Source: Leucoraja ocellata
Lineage: Eukaryota
Direction of reading: 5' to 3'
Assembly (NCBI GenBank): GCA_036785375.1
Contig: JAWMAR010000034.1
Span: forward strand, 1,798,001-1,862,000
DNA length: 64,000 bases
The notes below the pieces were generated by a model. The model saw only the letters and a list, made by a program, of their open reading frames with translations, was not told the origin of the DNA and made no database searches. This document shows positions 11,554 through 22,992 of this stretch, piece by piece. The position numbers and the translations under genes were made by a program. Numbering within the stretch: the stretch's first letter is position 1; every line of letters begins with the position of its first letter.

Positions 11554-12129
11554 GAGAACGCTCAGGTCCGTTTCACATTGGAAACCGTACAGATCAGACT
11601 ATCAGTCAGGATCCAAAGGATAACAGCTGAATTTCCAAATGTAAAATATAGTTATATAACTATGCATTACCACAACTGACTAAGTGCATTGCAGCTGAAC
11701 TGTGTAATCATAGTGTCAAGATCATAAAATTATTTTAATACCATAATGTTTTACCCCAAATACTAAACAAACGCAAGTAGGGATGTTATAACAATAAAAC
11801 AATGAGTCATTTATCTCAGTAGAGTTACAGCCAGGGCCAATATTTGATTATCTCTTCACATACAGTATCAGCTCAGAACAAACACCACTGTAGGTTCCTG
11901 TGGCGTATGTTTGATAGTTGCTAAGGAAAGTGTTACCTTAAGGATGGTGCATTGTTCCTAACTAAAGTGATCACGTTGCATAGTAACGCTGTTTGTGCTG
12001 CGCTTGCAGTTTAGTCGCAGATGGATGGCTATGATAAATCCTTACGTTTACTAGATGATCCATGCCTAAGTGAGTGAATGAGTGAAAGTAATATTTAGTA
12101 CTCGACCCGCTCAGAAAGTGATGATTATA

Positions 12130-12983
12130 GGGGGCGCTGCTCTGGCACCAGCCGTGTCAGCAGCGCGTCAGTTTTTTTCAACTTTTTTTATTTTTTAGTA
12201 TGTTTTAAAGTATGTATTTAATGTTCCTTCGTGTGTCTTGTGTGGGGGGTGGTGTGGGGGAGGGGGGGGTAAGGGGGAAACCGCTTCGGTCGCCTCCTCC
12301 ATGGAGAGGCGAGTTTTTCCAGGTCGCCTCCCCCGTGGCCTAACATCAAGGATCGGCGCGGCCTTTCCCGGAGACACGCCCGAGGATTCAGCGGCGGGCG
12401 CAGCGTGGACTCTCGGCGTGGAGCGGGTGAGTCCTCGCTGGGGCTCGCTGGAGGGGAGCGCTCCTTTTCGCTGGCCCGGGGCTGCCGGCAGCCTGAAGCC
12501 GCGGTCTGCAGAGTTCCAGCTGGCGCGGCGCTTACAGCCCGGGATCCCTCGTGGGGGACCCGGGGGAAGAAGAAGCCATCACTGCCGGCCCTCGGCCAAC
12601 TTCTACCGCGGGCCCGGCATGGACTCACCATCACCCCTGGAGGGGAGCTTCGACCACCGGCCCTGCAGTCTACGGTGCTTCTGGCTGCGGCGGAGCCTTT
12701 AAATCTCGACCGATCGGCCTACACCATCTTAAAGCCGCGGTCTCCGGTGAGGAAGAGCCGATCCTGGACTGACTCTGGACTCTGGTCCTGTCCACGGGGG
12801 GGAAATGGAGGAGGACTGGACAAATTTTGTGCCTTCCACCACAGTGATGAATGCTGCGGTGGATGTTTGTGTTACAGTTTTATTGTGGTTGTGTGTTCTT
12901 TATTATTGTACTGCTGCTGACAACCCAAATTTCCACCGACCCTGGTTGTGTGGCAATAAATTATATCTTATCTTATCTTATCA
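12130..12983 (+). mobile_element. GC/CpG-rich non-autonomous retroelement ending in AATAAA plus (TCTTA)n
   Basis: CpG-rich body; the 3' part AAATGGAGGAGGACTGG...GCCTTCCACCACAGTGATGAAT recurs at 50305-50400; microsatellite tail. Confidence 0.75.
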
Positions 12984-13701
12984 GCAGTAGACTGCGGCTC
13001 CTAATGCTCATAAACTAACGCACGCTCAAGAACAACTGGGTAGAAATAAGGTGTCACGTACTTTCAGGAGCGCAAAGGATAATGAAGCCAATGGGATGAA
13101 TTTATCCGTAAGCAGAGAATAAACAAGCCCTTTGCTATTCATTTTGGGCATTTGGGCATCATTGGCAAGGCCAGAATTTAATTCCTATCCCTAATTTGCC
13201 CCCCGGGGAAAGTGGTGGTGAGGTGTTTACTTGAACCACTGTTGCCCTTTTGGTGAAAGTGTTCCACGGTGTTTTAAGGTAAGAAATCCCAGTATTGAGA
13301 TCCGGTGACAAAGAAGGAATGGTGATATAGTTCCAGGTCAGGATGGTGTACAACTTATAATGGTAGAGTCTAGAACTGGACAGAGGACCAGGAAGCAGAC
13401 CGGCTGCAGAGGGAGTGCACGGCCTGGATGGGAGAGTGGGCTGCTGGAGGCCTTACAGCAGCCTGGGGCTCGGCTGGACCGGGTGCCGCTCCAAGAGGCC
13501 GAGTGCGTGGACCGGACGCTGCCCACAGTGGTGGAGGCCTGCAATGGCTACGCTTAGTCAGGCCAACCCCACAATGCCACCAGGACAATGGGCCTTCAAT
13601 GGGCAACACACAACAACTGGCGCCAAATCTGGTGACTCTGTATACTGTCTCAGTGTACAACAACTAGACGCTTGCACTGTGGCTGAGATGCTTATCTAGT
13701 A

Positions 13702-13975
13702 CTAGACCAAGTGGGACCAGTTGGGTCTCTGTCACATGGGAGGGCTGGTCCCCGAACGCAATATTCCACCACTCACCCATAGCCCCCAACTGCACAGGCA
13801 TGGCTGACTAGTTCCCGTCGTAACACCAGAGATCCCCGTCATGACTCGAGTCACAACAACCCTCCCCAAGTGCACCTCGCCCTCCCTCTTCCTACCCCTA
13901 TCCTCCTCCATTCCTCCTCATCCCCAGCACATCCTCCCCCTCCTCTTCATCCTCCCTCTTCTTTCCCCTCTCCTT
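13702..13975 (-). mobile_element. Putative non-autonomous Helitron 3' end
   Basis: Minus strand ends GAGACCCAACTGGTCCC (hairpin)-ACTTGGT-CTAG followed by T. Confidence 0.5.
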
Positions 13976-14067
13976 TTAAGTGGTGGTGTTCTTGCTTCCT
14001 TGTCTTCTAGATGGAGAGGTGGTGACACTAAGATGGAGTAGCATGGGCAAGTCACTGTTAAGCATTT

Positions 14068-14328
14068 TGTAGAGTCATACAGCATGGAAACCGGCCCTTC
14101 GACCCAACGCCCATGCAGACCAAGATGCCCCATCTGCATTAGTCCCACCTACCCACATTTGGCCCTTATCCCTCTCAAACCTTCCAATCCATGTACCTGT
14201 CCAAATGTCTTTTTAATGTTTTCATTGCACTTGTCTCTACTTCCTCCTCTGGCAGCTGGTTCCATGTACTCAGCACCCTCTGTGCGAGAACGGGTACTGC
14301 CCCTTGGGAACATGTTCAATCCCCTCTC
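14068..14328 (-). mobile_element. CR1 LINE 3' end
   Basis: GAGTCATACAGCATGGAAACCGGCCCTTCG...CCATGTACCTGTCCAAATGTCTTTT. Confidence 0.85.
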
Positions 14329-14786
14329 ACCTTGAAGATGCCACACTCTGCAACCACTATGCAGCAGTGTTGGAGGGAATGGATGTATAGGGAGATTGAT
14401 GGAGTGCAAGTCAAGCAAGTGGCTTTGTCCTGGATGGTGTTGGGCTATTTAAGAATGATTGCACTGCATTCATTCAGGCAACTGGAGAGTATTCCACCTC
14501 ACTGCTGTCTTGTGCCTTGTAGATGGTGGAAAGGCCTTGAAGTGTCAGCAAGTGAGTCATTCACTGCAGGTTACTGAACTGCCCTCACGCCCACAGTAGC
14601 TATTTGGTTGTCTGGGTGAGTTTCTGATCAAGAGTGACACTCAGGCTATTGATGGTGGAGTATCAGCATGCCAGTGACTGTCAGGGGCAGGTGGTTAGAT
14701 TTGCTCTTGTTGGGAAAGGACATCACCTGCCATTTTGCAACATTAATATTATTTACCATTTATCAATCCATGTCCTAATGTTGTTT

Positions 14787-14885
14787 TGGGTCTGAAGAAG
14801 GGTCCAGCCCTGTAACGACACATATGCATGTTCTCCAGAGATGCTGCCTGGCCCGCTGAGTTACTCGAGCACTTTGTGTCCTTTT
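14787..14885 (+). mobile_element. PLE terminal-repeat monomer, degenerate hammerhead
   Basis: GGGTCTGAAGAAGGGTCCAGCCC...GATGCTGCCTGGCCCGCTGAGTTACTC. Confidence 0.75.
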
Positions 14886-15054
14886 GGCTGGGTTCGTGCT
14901 GTGTGCAGGCATAATCTGCTGCATTTGTTGAGGAATGCAAATGGAATTAAATCATCATTTCCTATCTTGTGGTTGAAGGAAGGTCATAGTCAAAGCAATA
15001 GTGGATAGTTGGGTCCAGGACCTGCCCCAAGGGACAAATACTGAGGATTTGTCA

Positions 15055-15425
15055 GAGGGGGTAAAGTTTAAAGGAGATATGCCGGGCAAGGTTATTTTTT
15101 AATACAGAGGGTAGTGGGCGCCTGGAGCAAACTTACGGTGGAGTGGTGGAAAACGATACAAGACTGGTATTTTAAGAGAGTTTTAGATGGACAAATAAAT
15201 ATGCAAGGAATGGAGGGATATGGCTCACATGAAGGCAGAGGCGATTAGTTTAACATGGCAAGATGTTAGTGGCATTTAAACGACTTTTGGATCGGCATAT
15301 GATTATACAGGAAATTGAGAGATATGGGTTCTGTGCAGATAGTTCAGTGATGTTCTTGGCATCATGTTCAGCACAGACATGCAGGCTGAAGAACCTGTTC
15401 CTGTGCTGTACTTTCCATGTTCTAC
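15055..15425 (+). mobile_element. Two tandem CR1 3' fragments
   Basis: AAGTTTAAAGGAGAT...; the UTR segment is repeated from about 15262. Confidence 0.75.
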
Positions 15426-16662
15426 AACTAACCCATGGGAGTTGAATCTTGGTCTTAGATGATCAAAACTGAAAACAGAGCCTGTCAATTCTCCTCCCAC
15501 ACCATTTCCCACCCAAAAGGCAACAAAAAAAAAAGGGTTATTCGTGCGTTTTCTCCAAAATGGTAACAAACTCTGTGGGCAATTTGGGAGATGTTCCTCC
15601 TTCATTTCGACGACAACTCTAAAGACTATCGAAAAGATGAGCTTTAAACAATGCAATAACTTAGCTTTAAAATATATCCCAAACATTCATTATTGTATAG
15701 TAATTGCACGTCATGTAATTACAGTCTTATCAAATATTAATGAACAGGTTATGGTCCTGAAATTACAGGAGGTTTTATTAATTCAGTACTACAGCCAAGC
15801 AACTGTCTGATCGTCAAGTGGTAATTAATAATTTAGGACAAAGGTAGAACAGTTTTACCAAAAGCTAAACACTTCCCCCCGTCGCTCAATCACCAAATGC
15901 ACAGGTTTCTCGTGGCAGGGACCAGACGGACTAGGTGACTCCCACATTAGATATCCTGGGTTGGACCTAAGCCAGAATTCCCACTCAAGATCGCCTTTCT
16001 AGAATCTGAAAATGGAACCAGGCTACGGGCAAAAGCTGACGGTGGAATTGTTGAGCAATAACATTTTACTCATGTGTCTGGGCAAGAACTGATGGGCAAT
16101 GTTAGAGGCCTATCATCCTTACCTCCACTCCACACAGTGAATTCACCTCCACACAGACACCACCCGAGGTCAGGACGGCTTAGAGGGATATGGGCCGAAT
16201 GCAAGCAGGTGCGACTAGCGTAGAAGGGACAACCTAATCGGCATGGGCAAGTTGGGCCATAGGAGCTGTTTCTATGCTGAGTGACTATAAATAAGACAAC
16301 ATAAATGCAACCTACTCCATGCACCATTTCCAGCAATCTAATATTTTCCTAAACCCAAATTTGTTAAAAGAAAATCAGGAAACGTACAACTATAAACATA
16401 ATATTCAATCAAGCACTTACGATATACACACTGTCCACTGAACACCCCAATATGTAATTATTTATTTCCCATTGGGAAATTATTATACAAAAGTTCAAAA
16501 AAAGGTTTTTTGAAAAATAAAGATGCAAAGATTTTGACTCCATAAAATTGTGTAACAATAAAAATGTTTTAATTAGGACTTTAATTTCAGGGTTCAAAGA
16601 ACCTAAGCCCTGAAACTCTGCTCCCACAGATGATGGCACTGTTGAGCCAGTTGACTCACTAC

Positions 16663-16891
16663 AGGTAGACAAAAGTGCTGGAGAAACTCAGCGGGTGCAG
16701 CAGCATCTATGGAGCGAAGGAGATAGGCAATGTTTCGGTCCGAAACTCTTCTTCAGACTATGTTTAAGAAGGAACTGCAGATGCTGGAAAATCGAAGGTT
16801 GACAAAATTGCTGGAGAAACTCAGCGGGTGCAGCAGCATCTATGGAGCGAAGGAAATGGGCAACGTTTCTGGCGGAAACCCTTCCTCAGAT
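16663..16891 (-). mobile_element. Tandem dimer of the PLE hammerhead repeat (133 bp period)
   Basis: Two head-to-tail copies; hammerhead motifs at about 16726-16758 and 16859-16891. Confidence 0.88.
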
Positions 16892-17311
16892 AGTAATTGC
16901 CTTCTGATGGATCTGCCCATTCCAGTAATGGCAAGCCCCCCACTTCTGTGTTTCGGTGCAGTCTTTGCTCACGCAGATGACTGATTGGAAGATAAGATGA
17001 GAGGTCATCTCACTCTGTTCGTAGCCACTGTCAGCATCCAGGACCGTGGGTGTGCTGCAAACGCAGTCTACTGACCTCATCTGCTCAAGCATTCAATCTG
17101 TACTCCAGATAAGGCTTGTGCATGAGTCAGTATTGCACTGTCATGTTTTATGGTTCTGCACAAAGCCAATTATCCCCATTGCAGCAGATGGCATTCACTA
17201 TACAATCAGGGGAAAAAGAAATGTTAACCTCCCCCTTGAATATTAAACAAAAGGTCTTCAAAAGTTCCCGAACTGTAAGCAATAGGTCACAGCATAAGTT
17301 CAGTGCAAGTG

Positions 17312-17411
17312 AAGATGGACACAAAATGCAGAAGTACATTAACTCAGCGGGACAGGCAGCATCTCTGGAGAGAAGGAATGGGTGACGTCTCGGGTCACGA
17401 CCCTTCTTCAG
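17312..17411 (-). mobile_element. PLE hammerhead monomer with 13 bp direct flanking repeat
   Basis: TTCAGTGCAAGTG at 17299-17311 and 17407-17419; hammerhead core GAAA mutated to GAGA. Confidence 0.85.
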
Positions 17412-17504
17412 TGCAAGTGCCTGTGTTTGCTGCTTTTTGATATGCAGCCGGAGGTTTGCGACATTAGCTCTTTTCCAATGACTTTATCAAAATAAATGCA
17501 GGGA

Positions 17505-17793
17505 CCTCAGGACGGCAGCGAGAAAGTGCTGCAGTGGGAGAGGTGCCATCTTCCTACATTGACATCAAACCAAACACTCTCATCAACTCTCGGAAAGTTA
17601 CTAGGACACACTATGCTCATATCTATCCTTCAGCTCAAGGTACATACATTACTATTAGTGGAGCTTTCTCTGCACATATTCACTGTTAACCTCCTTACAG
17701 TATAATCATGCCCATGATTCAAAACTTCTCTGGTTGTAAAGCTCATTTGGAATGTCCCAAAGCTCTGAAAGGCACTATATAAATGCAAATTTC
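17505..17793 (+). mobile_element. Deu-domain SINE relic (AmnSINE1/SacSINE1-like)
   Basis: GTGCTGCAGTGGGAGAGGTGCCATCTTC..GACATCAAACC and tail TGAAAGGCACTATATAAATGCAA resemble the recalled DeuSINE consensus. Confidence 0.65.
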
Positions 17794-18433
17794 CCCTTTG
17801 ATATATGTATTCTAGATGAACAATTCAATGTACCAAGTCAAAGTGTTTTAATCATTAAATTATTTTAATACCACAATGACTTTGTTGCCATCAGTAAATG
17901 TGCTTAATTGGATTTTGAGTTATGGCTATAAAATAATGAGTCCGGACGAATTATAAGTAGGGCCACCACTTAGTAATGTCTTAACATGCATTATTACTCT
18001 GTCACAAACACTGTTCCTGGAACTATTACTAATGAGTTGCTCACATATTCATGTCCAGCGAGGTCTCCGTGGAACCATATTTCTTCATTTTAAATGTTAT
18101 GCACATTCTGGGTAGAGCACGTGGATATTTCCACTGCTGGGAACAAGACAATAGGATGAAAGCTTTCTGCGTAATGGCGCGAATGCTAAGTACTCGACGT
18201 TCTTGACATGGTACCGCGGGAGTGCTCGCAGCTCAGAGCAAGGGGCTATTGCATCCAGGTGTTTAAAATACAATCTTTGCTTCTAACAAGCCCCACAGCT
18301 CAGAAACACAGTTGCTTTGTATTGTTTTCTTTACCACTGTTCTGCAATTTAAAATCAATTTTTACACGACTGAAAAACTGTGATAACTATTTAGAAAACA
18401 TACAAGGAAAAATTAAGAGAAGTAGGCCACTTA

Positions 18434-18660
18434 TGCCACTGTCCCACTTAGGAAACCTGAACGGAAACCCCTGGAGACTTTGCGCCCCACCCAAGCTTTT
18501 GCGTGCAGTTATCGGAGGTTTTTGTCAGTCTCCCTACCTGCTTCCACTACCTGCAACCTCCGGCAACCACCTGCAACCTCCGGGAACCGCACGGAAACCT
18601 TGGGTGGGGCGCAAAGTCTCCAGAGGTTTCCGTTCAGGTTTCCTAAGTGGGACAGGGGCA
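18434..18660. mobile_element. PIF/Harbinger-like MITE with long TIRs and TTA target duplication
   Basis: TGCCACTGTCCCACTTAGGAAACCTGAACGGAAACC... pairs with ...GGTTTCCGTTCAGGTTTCCTAAGTGGGACAGGGGCA; TTA at 18431-18433 and 18661-18663. Confidence 0.88.
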
Positions 18661-18857
18661 TTAGTCTCTCACCAGGATCAATGCAACTTTTTCCACATTT
18701 CCCCATCGACTGTATCTGCTGCAAACTTTCATTTCCATGCTTATCAAATATCTATCTACATCTGCCTTAAACCGTTTCAGAATTTCTTCCTCATAGGGTA
18801 GTTGAAGCTGGGTTCCAAAGACTTGCAGCCTTCGAAAGTATTGTTTTATTTTTTTGT

Positions 18858-19312
18858 GTAGTTGAGAGATACAGCGTGGAAACAGGCTCTTTGGCCCACT
18901 GAGACCATGCCGACCAACAGTCACCGTCGACTAACATATACTACATTTTAGAGACAAGTTAACTACCAACCTGTACCTAGAAACATAGAAACATAGAAGC
19001 ATAGCAAATTGGTGCAGGAGGAGGCCATTCGGCCGTTCGAGCCAGCACCGTCATTCATCGTGATCATGGCCGATCGTCCCTAATCAATAACCAGTGCCTG
19101 CCTTCACTCCCATATCCCTTGATTCCACTAGCCCCCTAGAGCTCTATCTAACTCCTGTTTGGAATGTGGGAGGAAACCAGAGCACCCAAAGAAAGCTCAC
19201 GTGGTCACAAGGAAAGCTCAAGGACCATTCAGACAGCACCCATAGTCAGGATCAAACCCAGGTCTCTGACACTGTAAGGTAGCAACTCTACTGCTGCACC
19301 AGTGTGCCGCCC
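18858..19312 (-). mobile_element. HE1-like SINE split by a CR1 tail (about 18978-19152)
   Basis: SINE tail, then a CR1 end with (TAGAAACA)n, then the SINE head. Confidence 0.85.
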
Positions 19313-19479
19313 TAGTCTTAAATGGGTCACCCCCTTATTTTTAAACAGTGACCCTCAGTTCTCCACAAGGCAACAAACACCCTGTATGCACCCTTTCAGG
19401 ATCCTACATCTTTTAATCGAGTCAGTGGATGCAAGCCAAACCTTTTTCCTGGAAGTTATCCTGCTATTCCAGACACACT

Positions 19480-19975
19480 TCGAAGAAACCTTTTTTGAAC
19501 TGAATCCAATACATTAAATCTCCGTTAAATTTGGAGCCATCGATGTATGCTGCTCTCCAGATATAGTCTCACTGTTGCCCTATATAACCGGAGCATAACC
19601 TCTCCATTTTTGCATTCAATTTGCTAAGTAATAAACAATAACATTCTGTTAGCTTCCCTAATTACCAGGTGTACCTGCACATTAGCCTTTTGTGAATCAT
19701 GCACAAATGATCATGCATCTCTCTCTGCATCTCCCTGCATCTGCAATTTCTCATCACTTAGAACCTTTTTGTTTTTCCTTCTAAACTGGACAAATTCACA
19801 TTTTCCCACCTTGTTCCACATTTACTATTTCTTTGCCCGCTTATTTAATGGGTGTCATTAAATCCTCTTCACAACTCACTTTTCTTCCTATCTTTGTACC
19901 ACCTGCAAATTCATCAGCCATTACTTCAGCTGATATTATCTCAAAAATATTTAGATAAATAGTAAAAAGTTTTGA
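19480..19975 (-). mobile_element. Old CR1 RT fragment
   Basis: Reverse of the C-E-x-x-H-F...DL...HDSQKANVQV...KANRMLLFI region. Confidence 0.6.
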
Positions 19976-19984
19976 TTAAATTGA

Positions 19985-20432
19985 TTGAAAGAGGCAGCCT
20001 TTTGGCCCACCAGGGCCATGCCGACTAACAATCACACATTCACACTAATTCTATGTTATCTCACTTTCTCATCAACTCCCTACTCAGTACAGGGCATTTT
20101 CAGAGGCCAATTAACCTACAAGCAAGCACATCTGTGTGATGTGGGAGGAAAGCAGACCACCCAGAGTCTCACAGTCATACCCCCACCGACTACGTGCCAA
20201 CCAGAGATCACCCCATACACTAGCAGAATCTTGCACATTATGGATAATTAAGGCAATTAACCTACAAACCTGTACGTCTTTGGAGTGTGGGAGGAATCCA
20301 AGCACCCAGTGAAAACCCATGCGGTCACGGGTAGAAGATACAAACTCCCTACAGACAGCACCCGTAGTCACAATCGAACCCGGATCTCTGGTGCTATGAG
20401 GCAGCAACTCTAATGTTGTGCCACCATGCCAT
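19985..20432 (-). mobile_element. Two adjacent or nested HE1-like SINE pieces
   Basis: Two AATTAACCTACAA segments; head at 20380-20432. Confidence 0.8.
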
Positions 20433-20728
20433 CGTTAGAACAGTGAGGTTACAGCACCCAAATCAGCATAGCTTGACCTCTCAGCACTGACCTGGGACAC
20501 CTGCAATGTTAGTTAAATACTGATCTGAAACTTTATTAAACGCTTCCTCCAACATTAAAGCTACCCCATCGCACAAGCACAGTTCTCTCTGGCTCCTGCC
20601 GATTGCATTCTATCCCCTGGTCCCTTCCCTCCAGCCAATTTCATGTCCCCCAATCACATGTCTATTTCTACTCTTACTCTCTGATCCTGGTTTTCACCCA
20701 TCCCCACAGCAATACATGTGCATCCTAA

Positions 20729-20958
20729 AAGGCCTCTCCCACTTAGCGATTTTTTCGGCGACTGACAGCATCATATCAGTGTCGCCAAAAGATTTTGAAC
20801 ATTTCAAAATCCAGCGGCGACAAAAAAAAATGTTGCGACACTTGAAAAAATACCGTGCGCCAAATGTCATCATGCCGCGTCACGCCGTGTCACGACACAT
20901 CACGCTACATCACGTCAATGATGCCGGCAGTAAAAAATCGCCAAGTGGGACAGGCCCT
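20729..20958. mobile_element. PIF/Harbinger-like MITE with TAA target duplication
   Basis: AAGGCCTCTCCCACTTAGCGATTTTTT pairs with AAAAAATCGCCAAGTGGGACAGGCCCT; TAA at 20726-20728 and 20959-20961. Confidence 0.85.
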
Positions 20959-20991
20959 TAACACCAGCGCCCCTAACTATCTCCAAGTTAT

Positions 20992-21295
20992 GGTTTAGTA
21001 CAGAGATACAGCGCAGAAACAGGCCCTTCAGCCCTCTGAGTCGGTGCCGAGCAGCAATCCCCGCCCACTAACACCATCCTACACGTACAAGGGACTAATT
21101 ACATTTATACCAAGTCAATTAACCTACAAACCTGATAGTCTTTGGAATATGGGAGGAAACCGAAGACCTCGGAAAAAACCCACACAGGTCACAGGGAGAA
21201 AGTACAAACTCCGTACAGACAAGCACCCATAGTCAGGATTGAACCCGGGTTGCTGACGCTGTAAGCCACTAGTTCTACTTCTATCACGGTGCCAT
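20992..21295 (-). mobile_element. HE1-like V-SINE, full length
   Basis: Tail, V-domain and B-box GGATTGAACCC. Confidence 0.9.
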
Positions 21296-21507
21296 TCCCA
21301 ATCATGCTATGCTGTTATCTTATGATAACAGTAAGTCCTTATCCTTTTCAATCATCGTTCCCAGGAACTACAACACCCTCCCCCCATCACCTCCATCCAT
21401 CAGCCAACCTCAAGAACCTGCTCTAAAAGTGACCATAGCCGGCACGGTTTTGAATGTGATGTGACTCCAAACCATATATATTATGCTATACTACGTTTAA
21501 TGTCATA

Positions 21508-21870
21508 AATCATACAGCCCAACACATCCATGTCACCCAAGAAGGCCAACCAAGGCCAATTCCAATGATCCATATCCAACTAAATCTCCTGCCATTTCTT
21601 TTAAATGGTGTTTGTGTACCTGTCTCAATTATGTCATCTGACTGATCGTTCCATACATGGTGGAGGTATGGAAAAAGTAGCCAGAGGTGGTAGTTGAGGC
21701 AGGGACTATCCCAACGTTTCAGAACATGGTACATGATTTTGTACACCTTTATAAGATCACCTCTCGGCATCCTATGCTCCAGAGAATGAATTCCTAGCCT
21801 GCCAAACCTCTGCCTATAACACAAGCCCATGAGTCCTGTTAATATTCATGTAAATCATCTCTGCACTATT
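21508..21870 (-). mobile_element. CR1 3' fragment with an internal inverted segment (about 21659-21735)
   Basis: Minus peptide RLGIHSLEHRMPRGDLIKVYKIM; a plus-oriented UTR piece lies inside. Confidence 0.7.
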
Positions 21871-22214
21871 AACAAAAAAATGTATATATTTCCTCTTTCA
21901 GAGTCTCATATAGAGTTCTGGGCGATTTTCAGTATGGCATGAAAAAGCAGCCTTATTCAAGTCATACTCAACTGGATATCTGTAAAATAAGTCTCAAATT
22001 TAAGGACCAAAAGTTGTAGCCAAGTACATGGACTTCAGTTGCAAATGGATTTTGCTGTTGTTGAAAAATTGATTCATTTTCTAGCTAACTGTGCTGTGAG
22101 CAAAAAATCCTAAGTACCTGTATATGAATAAAGGGATGACAAGGTGTATGTCTGGCATAAAAACATGCATGTACAAGATGCAATGAATGGGAATGCAAAT
22201 TCTACATAGTTCTT

Positions 22215-22988
22215 GGGTGGCACAGTGGCGCAGCTAGTAGAATCACTGCCTCATGGTGCCAGAGACCCAGGTTCAATCCTGACCTCAGGGGCAATCTATG
22301 TGGGGTTTGCATGTTCTCCCTGCGACAACTTGTACAGATACATGGATAGACAATAGACAATAAACAATAGACAATAGGTGCAGGAGTAAGCCATTCAGCC
22401 CTTCAAGCTAGCACCGCCATTCAATGTGATCATGGCTGATCATCCCCAATCAGTACCCCGTTCCTGCCTTCTCTCCATATCCCCTGACTCCGCTATTTTT
22501 AAGAGCCCTACCTAACTCTCTCTTGAAAGCATCCAGAGAACCTGCCTCCACCACCCTCTGAGGCAGAGAATTCCACAGACTCACCACTCTCTGTGAGAAA
22601 AAGTGTTTCCTCGTCTCTGTTCAAAATGGCTTACTCCTTATTCTTATTCAGGAAAGGTTTAGAGGAACATGGGCCAAACACAGCCAGGTGGGACTAATGT
22701 AGATGGGGCAATACGATTGGCACGGGCAAGTTGGGCCGAAGGGCCTGTTTCTGTGCTGTATGACTATGACCTTGGATTTCCCTTGGGTGCTCTGGTTGTC
22801 TCCCACAACTGAAAGGTGTATGGATGAGTGAGTTAATTGAACACTGTAAACTGTGTAGGTGAGTGGTGAAATTTGGGGAGCCAGCAGAGGGCAGAATAAA
22901 AAGAATTGGATTAATGTGGATTTAGTGTAAGTGAGTTCTTATGGTCAATGTGGCCAGATGGCCTGTTTCTCCATTGTATCTCTCTCTG
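22215..22988 (+). mobile_element. HE1-like SINE with nested CR1 ends (22348-22648 minus, (ACAATAG)n tail; about 22650-22768 plus)
   Basis: SINE head 22215-22325; SINE resumes at about 22770. Confidence 0.82.
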
Positions 22989-22992
22989 AGTA

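Larger units (their letters stand above)
13150..14735 (-). mobile_element. Old L2/CR1-group LINE in pieces (13150-13356, about 13980-14060, 14330-14735) with nested insertions
   Basis: Tail GGGCA..TTAGGGATAGG.AT.AA.T.CTGGCCTTGCCA; minus-strand peptide remnants NKSKSNHLPLT and TINSLSVTLDQKL. Confidence 0.65.

Noticed and set aside
12218-12920. Overlapping 138-171 aa ORFs
   Set aside because: Stop-poor GC-rich repeat open in several frames with no domain signature
16663-16891. CRISPR-like or satellite array
   Set aside because: Only two long units with no unique spacers; eukaryotic retroelement origin
18208-18801. 197 aa ORF
   Set aside because: Reads through a palindromic MITE; the opposite strand gives the same peptide
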